From the NCBI GenBank assembly GCA_030141605.1, contig JAQGDQ010000205.1:186001-250000 (forward strand): 64,000 bases of DNA. The letters run 5' to 3'. How positions within the stretch are numbered: position 1 is the stretch's first letter; the number at the start of each line of letters is the position of its first letter. Below the pieces are notes generated by a model, which was not told where the DNA came from, searched no databases, and saw nothing but the letters and a program-made list of their open reading frames with translations. This document shows positions 1 to 14,290 of this stretch, one piece after another. The position numbers and the translations under genes are program-made. Origin of the DNA: Tubiluchus corallicola. Lineage: Eukaryota; Animalia; Priapulida.

Positions 1-353
1 TGTGTGATTATCATAGAAAATTGTTAAGGTTAAGCTTTTTCCGAGAGTTAAGCTTACCTAATTGTTTTTTGCTTTTAAAGCACGGGGTTTGTGCCGCTTA
101 TCGCAGATTATCACCGTTTCCCAAACGATTTGCACGTACGCTTACAACAACCATAATCAGGCAAATAAATTTTGGCTTGTTTCTGCTTTTCTAGCTGCCT
201 TGCAAGTGGCGGTCCCTATGTTTGACTTTCGTCACGTTGTATCAGTTGTTTACAAACATTCTTACCCTCACTTTCTGATTGATACAGTATTTAACTTTTG
301 TCTAATGTTGATCCCCTTGTGCATCAAAGTGGGCACGATTGCCTTACTACTTT

Positions 354-3300
354 ATGGGCAGCCGAATATCTCGAAGAATTAGGAGAAATATGAACGACAA
401 TGACGAAGAAGATGGTAATGAACGAAGGCCACAGCAGGCTTTTGGCGATGATCTGGGGGATGACGAACCAATGGATCTGGCCACAGTACTTCGATATCTG
501 ATACAAAGGTAATAGGAACAACTGGAATAACTTTCAAATGCAGCTGTCTGAAAATAGAGAGGTGCGTGACTATTTAAAAAAATATCGCGGTTGCTTGTCA
601 GGGCTGGTGCTAGGAAGTTCGGGGCTAAATTAGAAAATTGAATGGGGGCCCTCTGCCCTACAAAAGCTGAAAATTGATGTTTTGTGCTTCACGGGAATAT
701 TCAAATATCTCGATCAGGAATAAACAACAACAAGGAGGCTATTCGTGGCTTTAATTCCGAATGGTACCGACAGAAAAGTTGGCTTTGCGGCTGTGAAATA
801 AAAAATGCATTGTTTTGTTTCGCATGTTTGCTGTTTGGAGGTGATGTAACTTTTCTGAAGCACCACCCCCACTAATTCTAGGTACGAGCTGCCACTTGCT
901 TAATTCAATTCAATTCAGTTTATTTATTTCACTTCAATAGTATATCATACTAGTAGTATACATTTTACATTCATGTAATGTATGTCATTGCATAATTTTA
1001 GTTCAAGTTAACAGATGTAATGATAACAATTAGTATCTATTTACGATAATACTACTGCAGTAATTCAAGAAGCTTATAATAGCTTGCAAGAATGGCTGAA
1101 TGTGAAATAGAAACAAGGGGGACAATCTCTATACAAAAGCATGTAGAAAAGGAATAAGTAAAAAATGTTATGGCTGAAATGAGAAAAGAACAGAAAAAGA
1201 TATGAGAATTATACTTATGTTAGCACCAACGTGCTTCGTGTAGTACGCTATTCTCCTACGCTAAGATTAAACTAAATCACGTGTTTATGCACGGTGGTGC
1301 ACTTTGCACAACTAATGCATTGGGGCTCGCCAGTTACCTTTTTTAAAAGCTGACAAACTGAAATTACAAAACAAATAAACAAGCTACCAGTAAAAAACAT
1401 TGAAACATAGGTATAAGATATCACATTGAATAATTTCAGTACATTCACAGTATCAAGAAACTTTGTACATGCTGGTCACTCATTAATTTATTATAGTGCC
1501 TCATCTCGAGCGTGTTCGCGGGGCCCCCTCTTGGCTCAGGGCCCAAATTGAAGAAATCGGTCAAATAGGCTTATCACTGCCCCTGTTGCTAATGAGAGAT
1601 ATGATGTGAATATTGTTGATTGAGAATTGAGCACAGGCTTCTAAGCTAAAGCCATCGATGTTTTTAGACTATCATTCCTTGTAATATCAGTGAATGGACA
1701 TCATAAGGCAGCATGTCTGTTTGTAAGAAAAATTTGAAACTTGGAGTTTAAAAGTACATCACCACTTACTAGTACGTTATCAGGTACTTTGAAATTGTGT
1801 TATACATAACATAAGCAATTTCAGCATGTTGCATTAATTGTTGTTTAGGTCATGGTAATTTATAAGATTGTTCATAGCCTGACAGGGGATCTTGGATCAC
1901 CTTCAGGCTTCTTTTTCTGACTTTTTGACTCATGAAATCTGGGTTTCAAAGTAAATTCACGTATGGAATAGAACTCCAGCCTTGCTATTATGCAGAATTT
2001 TTATTCAGCAATAGAAGATCTAAATAACTATTTGCCATTAATGTGAGCTGATCTTTAAGTCTTATGGGTCTGAAGAGATTTCTGAGAAATTAGTGTTGGC
2101 TCGTGTATAGGCACTGTGGAACTGCAGCACCCCCTGTTTTCACTAAATATTTTCAATTCAATATAATGAGTCTTTTTTCTTTAATTTTTTCATTTCACTT
2201 GTACATACTTGTTGTAAATCCTTGTACAGAACCAGAGCACGTGACAGAACTGTGTGCTTTACAACTCCAGCGATGGAGTGTTTGGCTGTTGTGTGCATGT
2301 GACCATGTGCACATGTCTGAGATAAGAAACTGCATACTAGGTAGAGAGAGCACTACCGACCCTGTTGTGCAAGTAGTGCTTCTTTTTGACTTAGCGTGTG
2401 TTATGCTTAAACACCATGTACCATATTCTTGAATGTGATAAACTGCAGAATTAGACGATTATCCTGCTTCCGCCTATTCTATTTAATTCATAGCTTTTTT
2501 TGGTTCTTTTATTTTACAGAAATTTTTAATAATTTAATCATGGCTTTCTTGCATCCCAAGAAATAATAAAAAATTCTGAAGCAACTCCCCCACTATAATC
2601 TCTGCTATGAGCCGTCGCTGTTAAAAATTTTGTCTAGTGAACAAATATTCATGTTATTATCTTGGTATTTAAAATTAGTGCTGTTGCTGTTTAAAAAGGT
2701 TTTGATACCAGTTAGTTACATTTCCTGACCAGTTAATATTGTAAATAAGTAAGTAAAATTTTTATTTCAAACTAAAAGTTCGTAGAATACACATAATACA
2801 TATACACATAAAATTTACATAAAGAATGATTTACACAGATATATGTCAGATATGATAATATAGCTGAAACTCTTCTGTAGTTTTCCTTAGACATTGTGCG
2901 ATTTGTGCACCTACTAAATAATACTAATTTCGTAATGTATATCGAGTTCTAGTGGGCAAGTAAGAGTAATCCGTGGACGCGACATGGGGATTGGTCGCTT
3001 GTTGGACATGTCTGATGATGACGACGAAGAGGAGGATGAAGATTTTGTTCCCGCTGCTGGTGATCCTAATGGTATGTTACCTCAGAATCTTAAAAATGTG
3101 GCCTTTTCCATTGAATTTGCATAGCATTTACTGCTACTTATAATGCAGAAGCATTAATACTTTCTGCACAAAATGAGATATCTCAAACCTTGCATTTTTT
3201 GCTTGATCGTAGAATTAAAAACCAGTTGCCGTTCATTTAATATTTGAACCCTGTTTTAGTTTCTTTTGTCTATTTGCAGTTCAAGTTGACCCAGACACAA

Positions 3301-6300
3301 AAAATATAGATGTAAGTTTCTTTTTTTATAACTTAACCACTTTCACATCACATTTTATTAGTGTAGAAGCAAGGGGACTAGCGTGAGAGTAAGTGGATAC
3401 GGTGACAAGTTTTCATGCTGGCTACAGCTTACTATTTTGCGACTGGTGTTGACACATTGCTTTTTTACTGCGTTTGTCACTTCACGTCCTTAATAATTTA
3501 AAATGAACATGCCATGTGGTCGTGACTTTAAGGCAATGTGCAATATCACATTTCTATTGCTAGAAACTTCCTATTGTACATTGAAATATGCTGAACTTCC
3601 TGAAAGCCTTTATCTTTCTTTTAAAGATCATCTCAGTTATTCAGCTCTTTTTTGGATTTGACGTTTTGCGTTTTTCTTGTCGCCTTCTTATTTTAATTGA
3701 AAAATGCTTTTAATCTTTTGAAGTCATATTTGCCACCATATTAACTCTCTGTTTTAAACTATTTCTTAGCATTTTATATGGCTGTTTAAGTTGTAGTACA
3801 TGCAGAACAAACCGCACAAAGTTTAGCTATATTAAGTAAATGGGCAACCTGAATTGTTTTTGCATTGTTTCTTTGTTTAGGATCATGAAATAAGGCAACA
3901 AGTTTTGTTGCATACAGGTCAACATTGTAAGCACAGATGTACAAGAAGCTTTCCAGGAATTCTTTATGAAGTAGGTGCTTTGTAATTTATTATATTCATT
4001 GTCATACATAGTGTTAAAGTAAGACAGGATGATTTTTCAAGTGTTTCTGACAAATTATTGATTAAAAATTTAATTAATTGTGGCCAAGCCCAACTATTGA
4101 TGACATCACAAACAAACACAGTTTTCAACGGCATAAATATTCCACAAGCTTGTTGCACTTGTTTGCAAAAGCAAAAATTGAAATACGGCACTCCTGTAAG
4201 ATATTGTTGTACTAAAACTAGGCTTTCAAATTTCAAATTTACTGCTTTGCTTATACTTTGACCTTACCTTGTGTCAAACTCGTAAGTGGCGCTAGTGTAA
4301 AACAGTTTTAGATAACACTGCGTAAAGTTTGAAAAAATAAGCATTTGAAGTACACTCTTCACTAACTAAGCAAAAATTTGACTTAGTTTATATTATCAAT
4401 AATGTGTTGTTTTTTTTGTGAATCAGTCACACTGAGATGGCGATACAGTGTCTCTTTACCAGTTGATGTGAATATTTTAAATTATTAGGAATTTTCTTTT
4501 CTAATTACATAAGTCTTTCAAGCAGGTAAGCATGATGCTGAGTAATATAACTTGTTTGGAACGTTCTTTGTGATGGATTAAAATTCTCTTTTCTTTCTCT
4601 TTAAAGATGATCACTATGATTGCGTTCTTAGTTTTATTTTTTATTGAGCTGAAATTATTTTACATAAATTATTAACTACATTTATTTAAGGTGCTGTTTG
4701 CATTATAATGATTATATTTCAGCGAGAACTAGGAATAGGAAGATACAACCAACTAACTGCTGGTGATCGGTCGCACATATCGCACACGTAAGCTGATCAA
4801 GGCATTGTTTGATATTAACTCCTTAGGACCATACCACTCAAAATAGGTCTTATATGACATGTAGGACTTTTCTGCTACTGTATGGGCACAAATATAATTA
4901 AATGTTTACAAATTAGATGCTATTCTATTCAGGATGATCTCGGCTATCCAATCATGCTAAACTTTTATAAGTGATTTAACTGGATAAAATTAAGAAAAAT
5001 ACACCCTTCTAACTTAGTCTATTTTATAAGCTGTCTTTCTAGCTTGCTGATGCAGTTTATATACTAAGCTTGTAGTAATCATTTGTTTTAAAATTCTTTC
5101 AGGTTTTTGCCAAATCACATGACCAAGCTTGCAGCATATCATCATAAAGCATTTTGTGGTGAATACTCTCAAGATGGGAACATATTTCTTACTGCTTGTC
5201 AAGGTAAATTGGTGTTTTATTAATGACACTGAATTGTACGATCCATCACCTTCACAGAAACCGGTAAAATTTCTTATATTTTTGTCATTTAAAGTTTCTT
5301 TAGTTACTTCCGGTTTAGTAAATATGAACGAGAGCAACACAGGTTTTATAGTTCTGTAAAAATGTTTGCATTTCTATTTACAGATCAACATATTCGAATA
5401 TATAACACAGAAAATCACAATTTTGAAGAAATAAAGAAAGTCACAGCCAGAGATGTTGGTTGGAGTGTTGTAGATACTGCATTTAGGTAAAGCAATGATA
5501 TTTGTCGATAGCTAAAAATATAAAGTAAATTTATATCACAATCTTTTTGTACTTAATGCTCTATAAAAACTTTATAAGTACATTTAGTATGTTATAGGCA
5601 ATGTGTAAAATTTAGACATTTTATAAAATTCCTAGGCATTTCATATAACACCTGTGGCATTTCATATAACCTAGGCATTTAATGTAACACCTATGCATTT
5701 CAGAGAAAATGTGAAATAAATCTTTTTGCTGTGATTTTTTTTGTGTAATCAAATGCGTAAAGTAACTTTGGCAAAGTGCAAAATGAACATAATTCGTGTT
5801 GAGTCAAACTTTTCCTAGCTATTTGGTACATTACTTAGTCATTGTATAGAATGCACAAAATGATTTAGTAAATGTACTAAACTAAACAAGCTGTTCAAGT
5901 AAGCCAGTGATTTCATTGTTTTACCATTTTATGATGTGCTAGGCTGTTATGTGTGGAGTGACTGTGTGATCATCTTATTTAGTGTTCATTTGACTTTGTG
6001 TTGTGCCAGGTGTTATATGTTCATCATATTTAGTGTTCATTTGACATTGTGTTGTGCTAGATTGTTATGTGCAGAGTGACTGTGTATTCATCTTATTTGG
6101 TGTTCATTTGACTTTGTGTTGTGCTAGGCTGTTATGTGTGGAGTGACTGTGTGTTCATCTTATTTAGTGTTCATTTGACTTTGTGTTGTGCTGGGCCGTT
6201 ATGTGCGGAGTGACTGTGTGTTCATCTTATTTAGTGTTCATTTGACTTTGTATTGTGCTATGCTGTTATGTGCGGAGTGACTGTGTGTTCATCTTATTTA

Positions 6301-9300
6301 GTATTCATTTGACTTTGTGTTGTGCTGGGCTGTTATGTGCGGAGTGACTGTGTGTTCATCTTATTTAGTGTTCATTTGACTTTGTATTGCGCTAGGCTGT
6401 TATGTGCGGAGTGACTGTGTGTTCATCTTATTTAGTGTTCATTTGACTTTGTGTTGTGCTAGGCTGTTATGTGCGGAGTGACTGTGTGTTCATCTTATTT
6501 GGTGTTCATTTGACTTTGTGTTGTGCTAGGCTGTTATGTGCGGAGTGACTGTGTGTTCATCTTATTTAGTGTTCATTTGACTTTGTGATGTGCTAGGCTG
6601 TTATGTGAGGAGTAACTGTTATAAATGCTTTTAAAACAGAATTCAAAATGTTCATTACTCATCTCAGATGAGGATGACAGAGTTAGTTGTTAGAAAAAAT
6701 CATGAAAATCCAGCTAGAATGAAAGACAAAAAATGTTAATGCACATGTGAATTTCTATGTTCAGTGATCTTGACGATCTGGCTATGCTTATTGTCGATCA
6801 AAATTACTAAGATAAGGGTGTCTGTGTAGTGACAATGCTGTCTTCGTACCAATGTGGCACCTAGGATGTCTATAACAATTGACTGACTTTGCAGGTTTTC
6901 TTGACAGTCAGGATAGACTTGATGTTAAAATTTAACGTGATTAGTAAACTTTGAGAGGGGTGGGGGGCCAACAACTGTGAATATTATCGTAACAACTTAG
7001 GCTTGATTCTTTACTAATTAAACGTTTTTCTATTATTATGTGCAATAGCTTTATTTAAAAAGTCATAATATTCTTCATGCAAACAAGTATCAGCTGCCAG
7101 TTCATCAAGATATTTGATCATTAAATTTTTTATGAATTCGTAATTGCTGGGGTTATGTACGCATTTTTTGGGTTTTTGATTTTTATCAGCAAACTCAAAG
7201 AGTCATAAACTTAGTCTATTCGAATTTTTTTGCCCTAAGTTTGGAATATAACTGCACGCTGTATGTTCAATTTCTATAAGGTAAATGTGAAGTAGATATC
7301 AAGAAAGTTATAAAAAAACATCTAAATCATTTTTAATTAAACTGAAACTACAGACATGCTTGTTTTCTCAAGGCATTTTTTTTAAATAATTAATGAGCTG
7401 CTCATAAGTCACTGTAAGCTTGTTGTGACATGAAAGGACTAATCAAAGAAGCACCCCACTGACTAAACAACACTAGCTGTAAATAAGAATGCAAGATTTT
7501 CTTTGACCATGCCATATTTTTGCTTATATTAACTGGAATTGCTTACTGTCTGTTTACCCAGATAAGGTCTTTACCATTTTCTTGATGCAAGTGCATCTAC
7601 AAAACATAGGTAATACAATGAGTACATCGAACATTTGCTCTTTATTTTCAGCCCTGATGGAAATTTCCTGATATACTCAAGCTGGTCTGAGTTCAGTGAG
7701 TACAAACCATTGTGTCAAAGAGGGGACACTTATCTCAAACTGTTTAATGTATGTTTTGCTATTTAACACGAAGGCAACACAACAAACACTTAAATATTTA
7801 AACGATTGTCTTCTTCTTGAGTGTTTTCTAATTGTTGGTTAAACTGTTGTCACGACATGTTTAGTGTATTTTGAGGGTAAACGATAATTTTTTCGTACTT
7901 TGTAGTTCATATGTGCAACATACACGGTGTTTTGGATACTCATGTAGCCCTAGATTTGAGGCCATCTGAACGACGTTTCTGTGTGTTTTCATTACAGTTC
8001 TCAACAGATAATACCGAGATACTGGCTGGGTAAGTTCACCTGTTGTCACTGTTAAAGTTGAATCACAAAAGTTCAATCTAATTTAACTTTTTCAAATGAT
8101 GAGTTGGTATTTCTAGCTTGTCAATTGTATTGTCTGTTCTTTTTACAATGTATATCTCTGTGGAAAAAACTTTTAACAAATACTGAACAACTGTCTGTGA
8201 AGTAGCATCACCAACTAGCAAAAAAGTTGTTAAACATTTTTGTTCAGTAATGCAGTATGTGGAGTTTACTGATATTACAGTGTTTAATGTGCATTGTGTG
8301 GGTAGCTTTTCTGCTTTTCTTCAAAGTACTTTGTGTTATTACAAAATGTATATCACAATACGCAGAATGTGTGGCAATTACAAGTGTACTTACAGTTCTT
8401 ACACACATTGCATTCATACCTAAGTTTAAGAATGTTTATTGATCACAAGCAAGCAGCAGAGATTTATGTACAGAATTTCAATGTTAATTTTGTAAAGGAA
8501 TACACTGATCATTCTGTTTAACAGTGGAGGTATATAATAAATAAATGAAAATGAAACGAAAAAAACAATAATCATTAATTATTATGTTTTAGAGCCAATG
8601 ATGGCTGTGTGTACATATATGATCGTGAGCGGAATGAGAGAACATTGAAGGTGATTATTAAATCTCGAAATGTAGACATCTTAGTACAGTTGTAGTATCA
8701 CAGACAGTTATTATTATTTATCAAGAATGTAACTAAGTGAATTTCATAAGGCTTTGTTATTTGAGAGTCTCTGAAATAACTATTTAGTTCGAATTGTATT
8801 TTTCTCATTGTTTGGTTTTTGGTAATAAGAACTCGTAAGTGGCCATTAGTATTTTAAAATGTAAAAGTAATTGCTTTAAGCAATGAGCGCTTTCATTGTA
8901 ATAATGGTATCAGTAATCTGTTGACAAAAATGGATTTATTTAACATAACTTCCAAGATTTTAGGTGGCTCTACTAACTACAGCCACGTAAAGTACTGTGA
9001 TCAAGTAATGGTTGAAAATACCAGATTTATAAGGACGTATTAACAATGCGTTTGTTAAGAAAGTATGAAATTCACAGTTAAATCAAAAGAAAAAAGGTCT
9101 TTCTGCTTTAAATAATATGCTCTATCTTTTAATCTGTTCAAAGGTGGATTCTCATGATGATGATGTCAATAGCATTGCCTTTGCGGATTTCACCTCCCAG
9201 ATTTTGTATAGTGGTGGCGACGATGGCCTAATCAAAGTATGTAAAAACTAGTTTATCTGTTCACCATATTTACTTAGGAACATATATATTTCCTCTGACC

Positions 9301-12300
9301 ATTTTATAATAGCATACTTTGAATGGCATAGCTCAATTTGCAAGCAAGCTGGTCTATGATACTTCTTTTGACTTTACAGTTACAGCTACTGCTGAATGGT
9401 TTTGCTTTCTTTTTGTTTTGGGTTTGTCACAGCTATTTTTACAATTGCAAGTTAAATACATATGTAGAGAGAAGAGCTTCTTCTTGCATTTAGTGGAGCA
9501 GGTAGACTTGTGCATTCTGTACCAGGATTCAAAGATTCAAGACTGCTTAGTTTGGAGATGTCCACCTCTTTACTAAGTGAGTCCTGTATTTACCAGGATC
9601 AACTTCAGGGAGCTGATTTGTTGGATATGTGAATCTGTGTTGGTTTAACATAGTTTTATTAAACTTAGCTGTATTAGAGAATAAATTACAGAAACAATGA
9701 GAATTAGCCAGAAACAGTATGAGACAGGATAACGTGTGAAAATATTTAAGCAGGATATTGTTTTGTAACAATAAATGTAAGCCAGGGTATTTTCATAGAT
9801 ATTTGCAATTGAAATTATTTTGCTGTGGCTATAGATAACTGCTAAACTATCCTTCTTATTTAAGTTGTTTTTACCATTGTCATGTTAGTTTATTAGGCTA
9901 AATATTAGCTTATTCAGATCATTTGGTTTTCATGTGTTGTTATACACTTTTTGTGTTGTTATAATTACCAAACAGTACACAACTGTTTGTTGTATCCTGA
10001 ATGCATCTTTCACTAGGTCAATGCTTAATAACTGATGAAACTTCTTAGTGGCGAATTGACTGATTAAGCATTCTGTAGCATCTTATAAAGTTGGAGTCCT
10101 CAAATTTTTGCACTAATTTAAAATATTTAGTCATGGATAAGTGAGGGCTAACAATTTTGCAAAAAAATTGCTTTTTTACTTTCACGATAATGGTTAGCAA
10201 TATGCAAAATTTTCTCCAAGTAGCAAACAATCAAAATGATGGGTAGCGAAAAGTACTAAATTGAAAAGGCCAAAACACTTTATGTATTCATGTGCTGTGG
10301 TTGCGACAAAAAGGTGAAGGCTGCATTATAGAATATTAACAACATTTAGCATTGTACATATATGTTATATACTACTATGTACATACTTTGCATGTAGGTA
10401 TGGGATAGGAGAACATTGTCTGAGAATGATCCACACCCGGTTGGTGTTTTAGCTGGTCACGCGGACGGAATTACTTTCATTGATTCTAAGGTCTGTGTGT
10501 TATTGTGCACTTTTGAACTTATTGAGTAACTTGTTATTTCTTGTGTATGGGATTTGTGCATATTTATAATCATGTTGAATATTTGACATAACTGTTTTTT
10601 GTGCAGCTGTGATCTATTACAGCTACATTTAAAGTTGTATTAGAACACAAAGTTATTAGTATTTATTGATTATTGTTATGATTTTGTTTAGATATTTTCA
10701 AATAAGGTTATATAATCTCTTAGTGCATGTTTGCATGACAATTATAAGGGTAATAAAGCATACATCTGTTGTATTCACCAATTCACTGTGGTCATGTTTG
10801 TCCAGAAAATATATAAACATATGACAAGCTGAAATTGGGAATTAGTAAATAGTGTTTCTTTTGCCCACTTAAATAAGCACTTTGAATAAAAATAATTGCA
10901 TCAGCTAATAACTTCATGACTTCTAATTGAGATTTTTTCAAACTCTTTTTATCTTGTGAAGAATTTATACCCTCATTTCAAATGTATGCACATACTGCAG
11001 TGTCTAATGTCTAATAACCTAAACCATTTTGTTAAACTACTTGTAAAACATTAACGTCTTTGCCTCTTTTGGACAATACATTATCATTGAACATTAAAAA
11101 TTTTTATTTAATACACTGACAAAAGTTATTTCAACATGTTGTAGGGTGACGCACGGTACCTGATAAGTAATTGCAAAGACCAAACAATTAAGCTGTGGGA
11201 TGTTAGACGTTTTGCATCAGAAGATGCACAAACGGCTACTAAGAAAGCTGTGTCAAAACAAACATGGGATTACAGATGGCAGAGTGTACCAAGACGCAGT
11301 AAGTTTGCTATTATGTTCCTTTACACTTTGCTTGGTACCTTTTTGTTATTAACAAAACTCGAATATGCTTAGGACTAGTCATGGATTAGCCATGTAAATA
11401 TTGTTTGTGTACCAAATAAATTTATGTTTACCAACATGGTAGTATAACCTAAAATTGTTTCGTTAATATGAATTTACTGATGTGAAAAAACTTGCCAAGT
11501 TGTCAAGGCATGTATGAGTGTATTAAAATTTAGGGTGGGATTTAATTTTTATAGATTTCGTACTAACCTGTTATTTACAAAATCAGATGGTTTAGCATAT
11601 GCTCAATTAAAATTCATTGAGGCAAACGTTGTGTGGTAAACTAAAATCAGACCCCAATAATTTTTTTTGCTAAATAAAATACTAACAATGTCTAGCATAC
11701 TTTCAGTGAATTTTACAATATTTGCGTACATGTGTAACATGCTACTGCTACCCATATGGTTGATGTATTAAGACTCCAGAGAATATTCAGTCATTATGAA
11801 CCTTTTTGCACAGGACAATATTTGTGAAACCTGCTTCTAATTGCTCTCAAAGTATTTGTAATCCATTATTTACATTTTTTGGAATGCAATGTATTTGTAT
11901 TTAAATGTATAAATTTTAGTCACTGACTTTATCCTTTTGTTATTTACCATTGTCTTCTGTACATTTTCATAGTTCTGCTATCACTATATTTCATTTTTTT
12001 CTGTTCTAGTGTTAAGAAACACAAGTATTGCCGGTGATACGTCGCTTATGACATACAGAGGTCATTGCGTCCTGCACACTTTAATTCGTTCCTATTTTTC
12101 ACCAATGCATACCACAGGCCAGCGATATATAATTACTGGTTGCGCAACTGGAAGCTTCTTGAGTGAGTATTTTCAAGAACACGCAGTACACATCAATGCA
12201 TACTTATAAATAATTAGGACTTCTGGCTAATTTGTATTTTGCAAAGTCTCTCTGCTACAAGTCAGTCAAATACAAGTTCGAAAGTAACAGAGATGTTGAT

Positions 12301-13124
12301 GGTGGATGAAACATATTGCCACATACTATAACATTATTATATTCAGTCGTGTGTTGAAATGAAATGGCAGGTTTTTAAAACAGTAAGGTTATTCTGACAG
12401 GCTGAACAGAAAATGCGTGCATCTCCGTTTGCTGCAAAATCATGTGTATGTGGTACAGTTTAATCTCACATAATTGTATTTTTGCAGTTTATGACATTTT
12501 AACTGGAAAAATAGTTTCCAAGCAGAAACAGCACAGGTCATGCGTGCGTGATGTTTCATGGCATCCGTATGAGAACAACATTATAACGTCTTCGGTATGT
12601 AACTGTTGCATTATGCAAGCTTTCGAATTCTGCATGTAAAAAGTGCCTCTAGCAGTTGTTTTTTGAAAATTTGTAATTTATGTGATGTAATGTAATTTGT
12701 AAGAACTAGTCATTCTGAATAATTAGCATAATTTCTGACACTATTAGCGTGCATTTGACTATATTTGATCTAAAGTTCTACTTAATAGTCATCAAATATG
12801 TGGGCTAGTTAGTATTTACATGTATAGCACAACGTTTGACTAATGATAATATACTATGGCATACCTGTTCATGATTTTTAACTGAAATTGATTTTTGGCT
12901 GCCAAGATTTTTCGTAGAATAATATGGTAGTAAGTGGTATGTATTTGTTGGAAATGGTGAAATTTGTCGTGTTTCAGTGGGATGGAATAATTGGGCGATG
13001 GGAATACCATTCTCCAGAAGCAGGTGGCGAGAATAAGGATGAATCCAAAATGGAATGTAATGAAGGATTCTTCCCATTAAGACGAAGTCTCCGACTTAGG
13101 CAACAACGTGAGAGAGATTGCTAA
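354..13124 (+). CDS. DCAF11: DDB1- and CUL4-associated factor 11 (WDR23), WD40 substrate receptor of CRL4; 16 coding exons, ~545 aa
   Basis: Exons: 354-508, 2953-3071, 3280-3311, 3881-3970, 4723-4787, 5103-5203, 5384-5486, 7652-7695, 7906-8029, 8593-8650, 9144-9236, 10398-10490, 11145-11298, 12010-12162, 12488-12594, 12978-13124. All introns are GT-AG with consistent phases (1638 nt total). Peptides MGSR..DLATVLRYLI, KAFCGEYSQDG, ARDVGWSVVD, GHADGITFIDSKGDARYLISNCKDQTIKLWD, WDYRWQ, GDTSLMTYRGHCVLHTLIR and CVRDVSWHP match the DCAF11 family. Confidence 0.95.
599..1585 (+). mobile_element. Internally deleted hAT-type DNA transposon in DCAF11 intron 1
   Basis: Imperfect TIRs CAGGGCTGGTGCTA...TATCACTGCCCCTG. 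The 8-bp flanks TTGCTTGT and TTGCTAAT match 6/8 (degenerate TSD). ORF 684-875 encodes RGFNSEWYRQKSWL..NALFCFACLLF, the TTF-type zinc finger found at the N-terminus of hAT transposases. Confidence 0.75.
2091..2620. mobile_element. Probable degenerate non-autonomous DNA element (MITE)
   Basis: The ends TAGTGTTGGCTCGTG and ATGAGCCGTCGCTG are loosely inverted, with GC-rich subterminal CACCCCC/CTCCCCC blocks. No clear TSD. Confidence 0.35.
5935..6618. repeat. Minisatellite, 67-bp unit, about 10 copies, in DCAF11 intron 7
   Basis: Tandem unit GTGCTAGGCTGTTATGTGCGGAGTGACTGTGTGTTCATCTTATTTAGTGTTCATTTGACTTTGTGTT. Confidence 0.95.
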
Positions 13125-13759
13125 AATTGTGCCTGAGATCGCTTGTTATCTGAAGCTGTGTGCAAATTTACTTGAAAATTTCCACTCTCACCTGTAAGTC
13201 AAACCAGAACTAACAGGACCAACTGTACCGTCCTCTAGCAATATTTACGTGTATCAACACATGACGAGCAATGATGCCCTGTGAACTATCACAGTGCTGC
13301 CAATACTGAGCTTGTTGAAAACGTATTGGAAAATTCTTGCCTGGGTTTGTGTGTGGTCCTTGGCAGTGCTTGATTTACCATTAATGAGTATAATAATAGT
13401 GTTTCACAATAATGCATTGTGCTATAATAGAAAGAATTTAAAGTAGTTCGTATGCCATTTTATATGTACTTGTAAAGTGAATGTTTATAAGGTGTAGTGT
13501 TTATAACGTCACACTCATGATGATCAGGCTATGTGAGTATAATACTTTTCCAGAATTTTTTGCAAATCAATTACATGTAAATATCTGAGTAAGTGTTTTT
13601 GCAAATCTTCTATGCAATTTGCCATTTGTTTGTCTTGTACTATATTAATTTGCCTTTTTCTTTGCTATAAAGTCAAGTCATGTTTAAAGCGTTATTTGCT
13701 ACACAGTGTCTAGTTTATCTTCTATCACTGCATGTTTTCTGCATAACTCATGTTAGTGA

Positions 13760-14290
13760 TTGACAGGACCGACAGACAGACCGGACAGGTAATTCTATGC
13801 TTGGCTTATTGTCTCTGAGCTTGAATGATGTCCTACCTGTGTGCAAAGTATCAATTTCCTACATTACTCCAGAGCCGATGAAAAGTGGCAACAGTCGGAC
13901 AGATGGACAGACAGTTGGAACCAATAGTTCTATAATCACTGCCAGATGCCTATTACAGCAGTAAGCATATTTTTACTATATCATATATTTGTTGTGCGCA
14001 GATCTTTGAAAAATTGTAAAAAAATCAAATCTGCACCTACTGGTCCAAATATAAATAGCCTTTGAGTCTGAACGATGCCTTACTCTTGCACAAGGTATTG
14101 TATATGTACTGTACTTCAGTGTGAAGAAAAAGTGATGATAGAGAGAGAGACAAACAGAACCAGCTCTTCTATAGATCTTCAGTTCTATAGGTGCTGGCAC
14201 TTCGTTGGGGCAGTACTCCAGGGCTGAGAAAAAGTGGGTGGACTGACAGACGGAACCGATAATTCTATAGTTGTTCACATCGTTGGGGCA
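13760..14290. repeat. Interspersed repeat remnant with GACA/GACG microsatellite-like blocks, downstream of DCAF11 (probable 3' UTR)
   Basis: Recurrent modules: GACAGACAGACCGGAC-like runs, AACCRATARTTCTATA, and GCAAAGTATCAA. This resembles non-autonomous invertebrate repeats; family not assigned. Confidence 0.45.

Noticed and set aside
5935-6618. Regular repeat array as a possible CRISPR
   Set aside because: Units are contiguous with no unique spacers, there are no cas genes, and it lies in a eukaryotic intron.
13517-13590. ATGATGA...CTGA spaced like a C/D snoRNA
   Set aside because: It lies in the DCAF11 3' UTR region rather than an intron, and I recognised no rRNA or snRNA guide complementarity.
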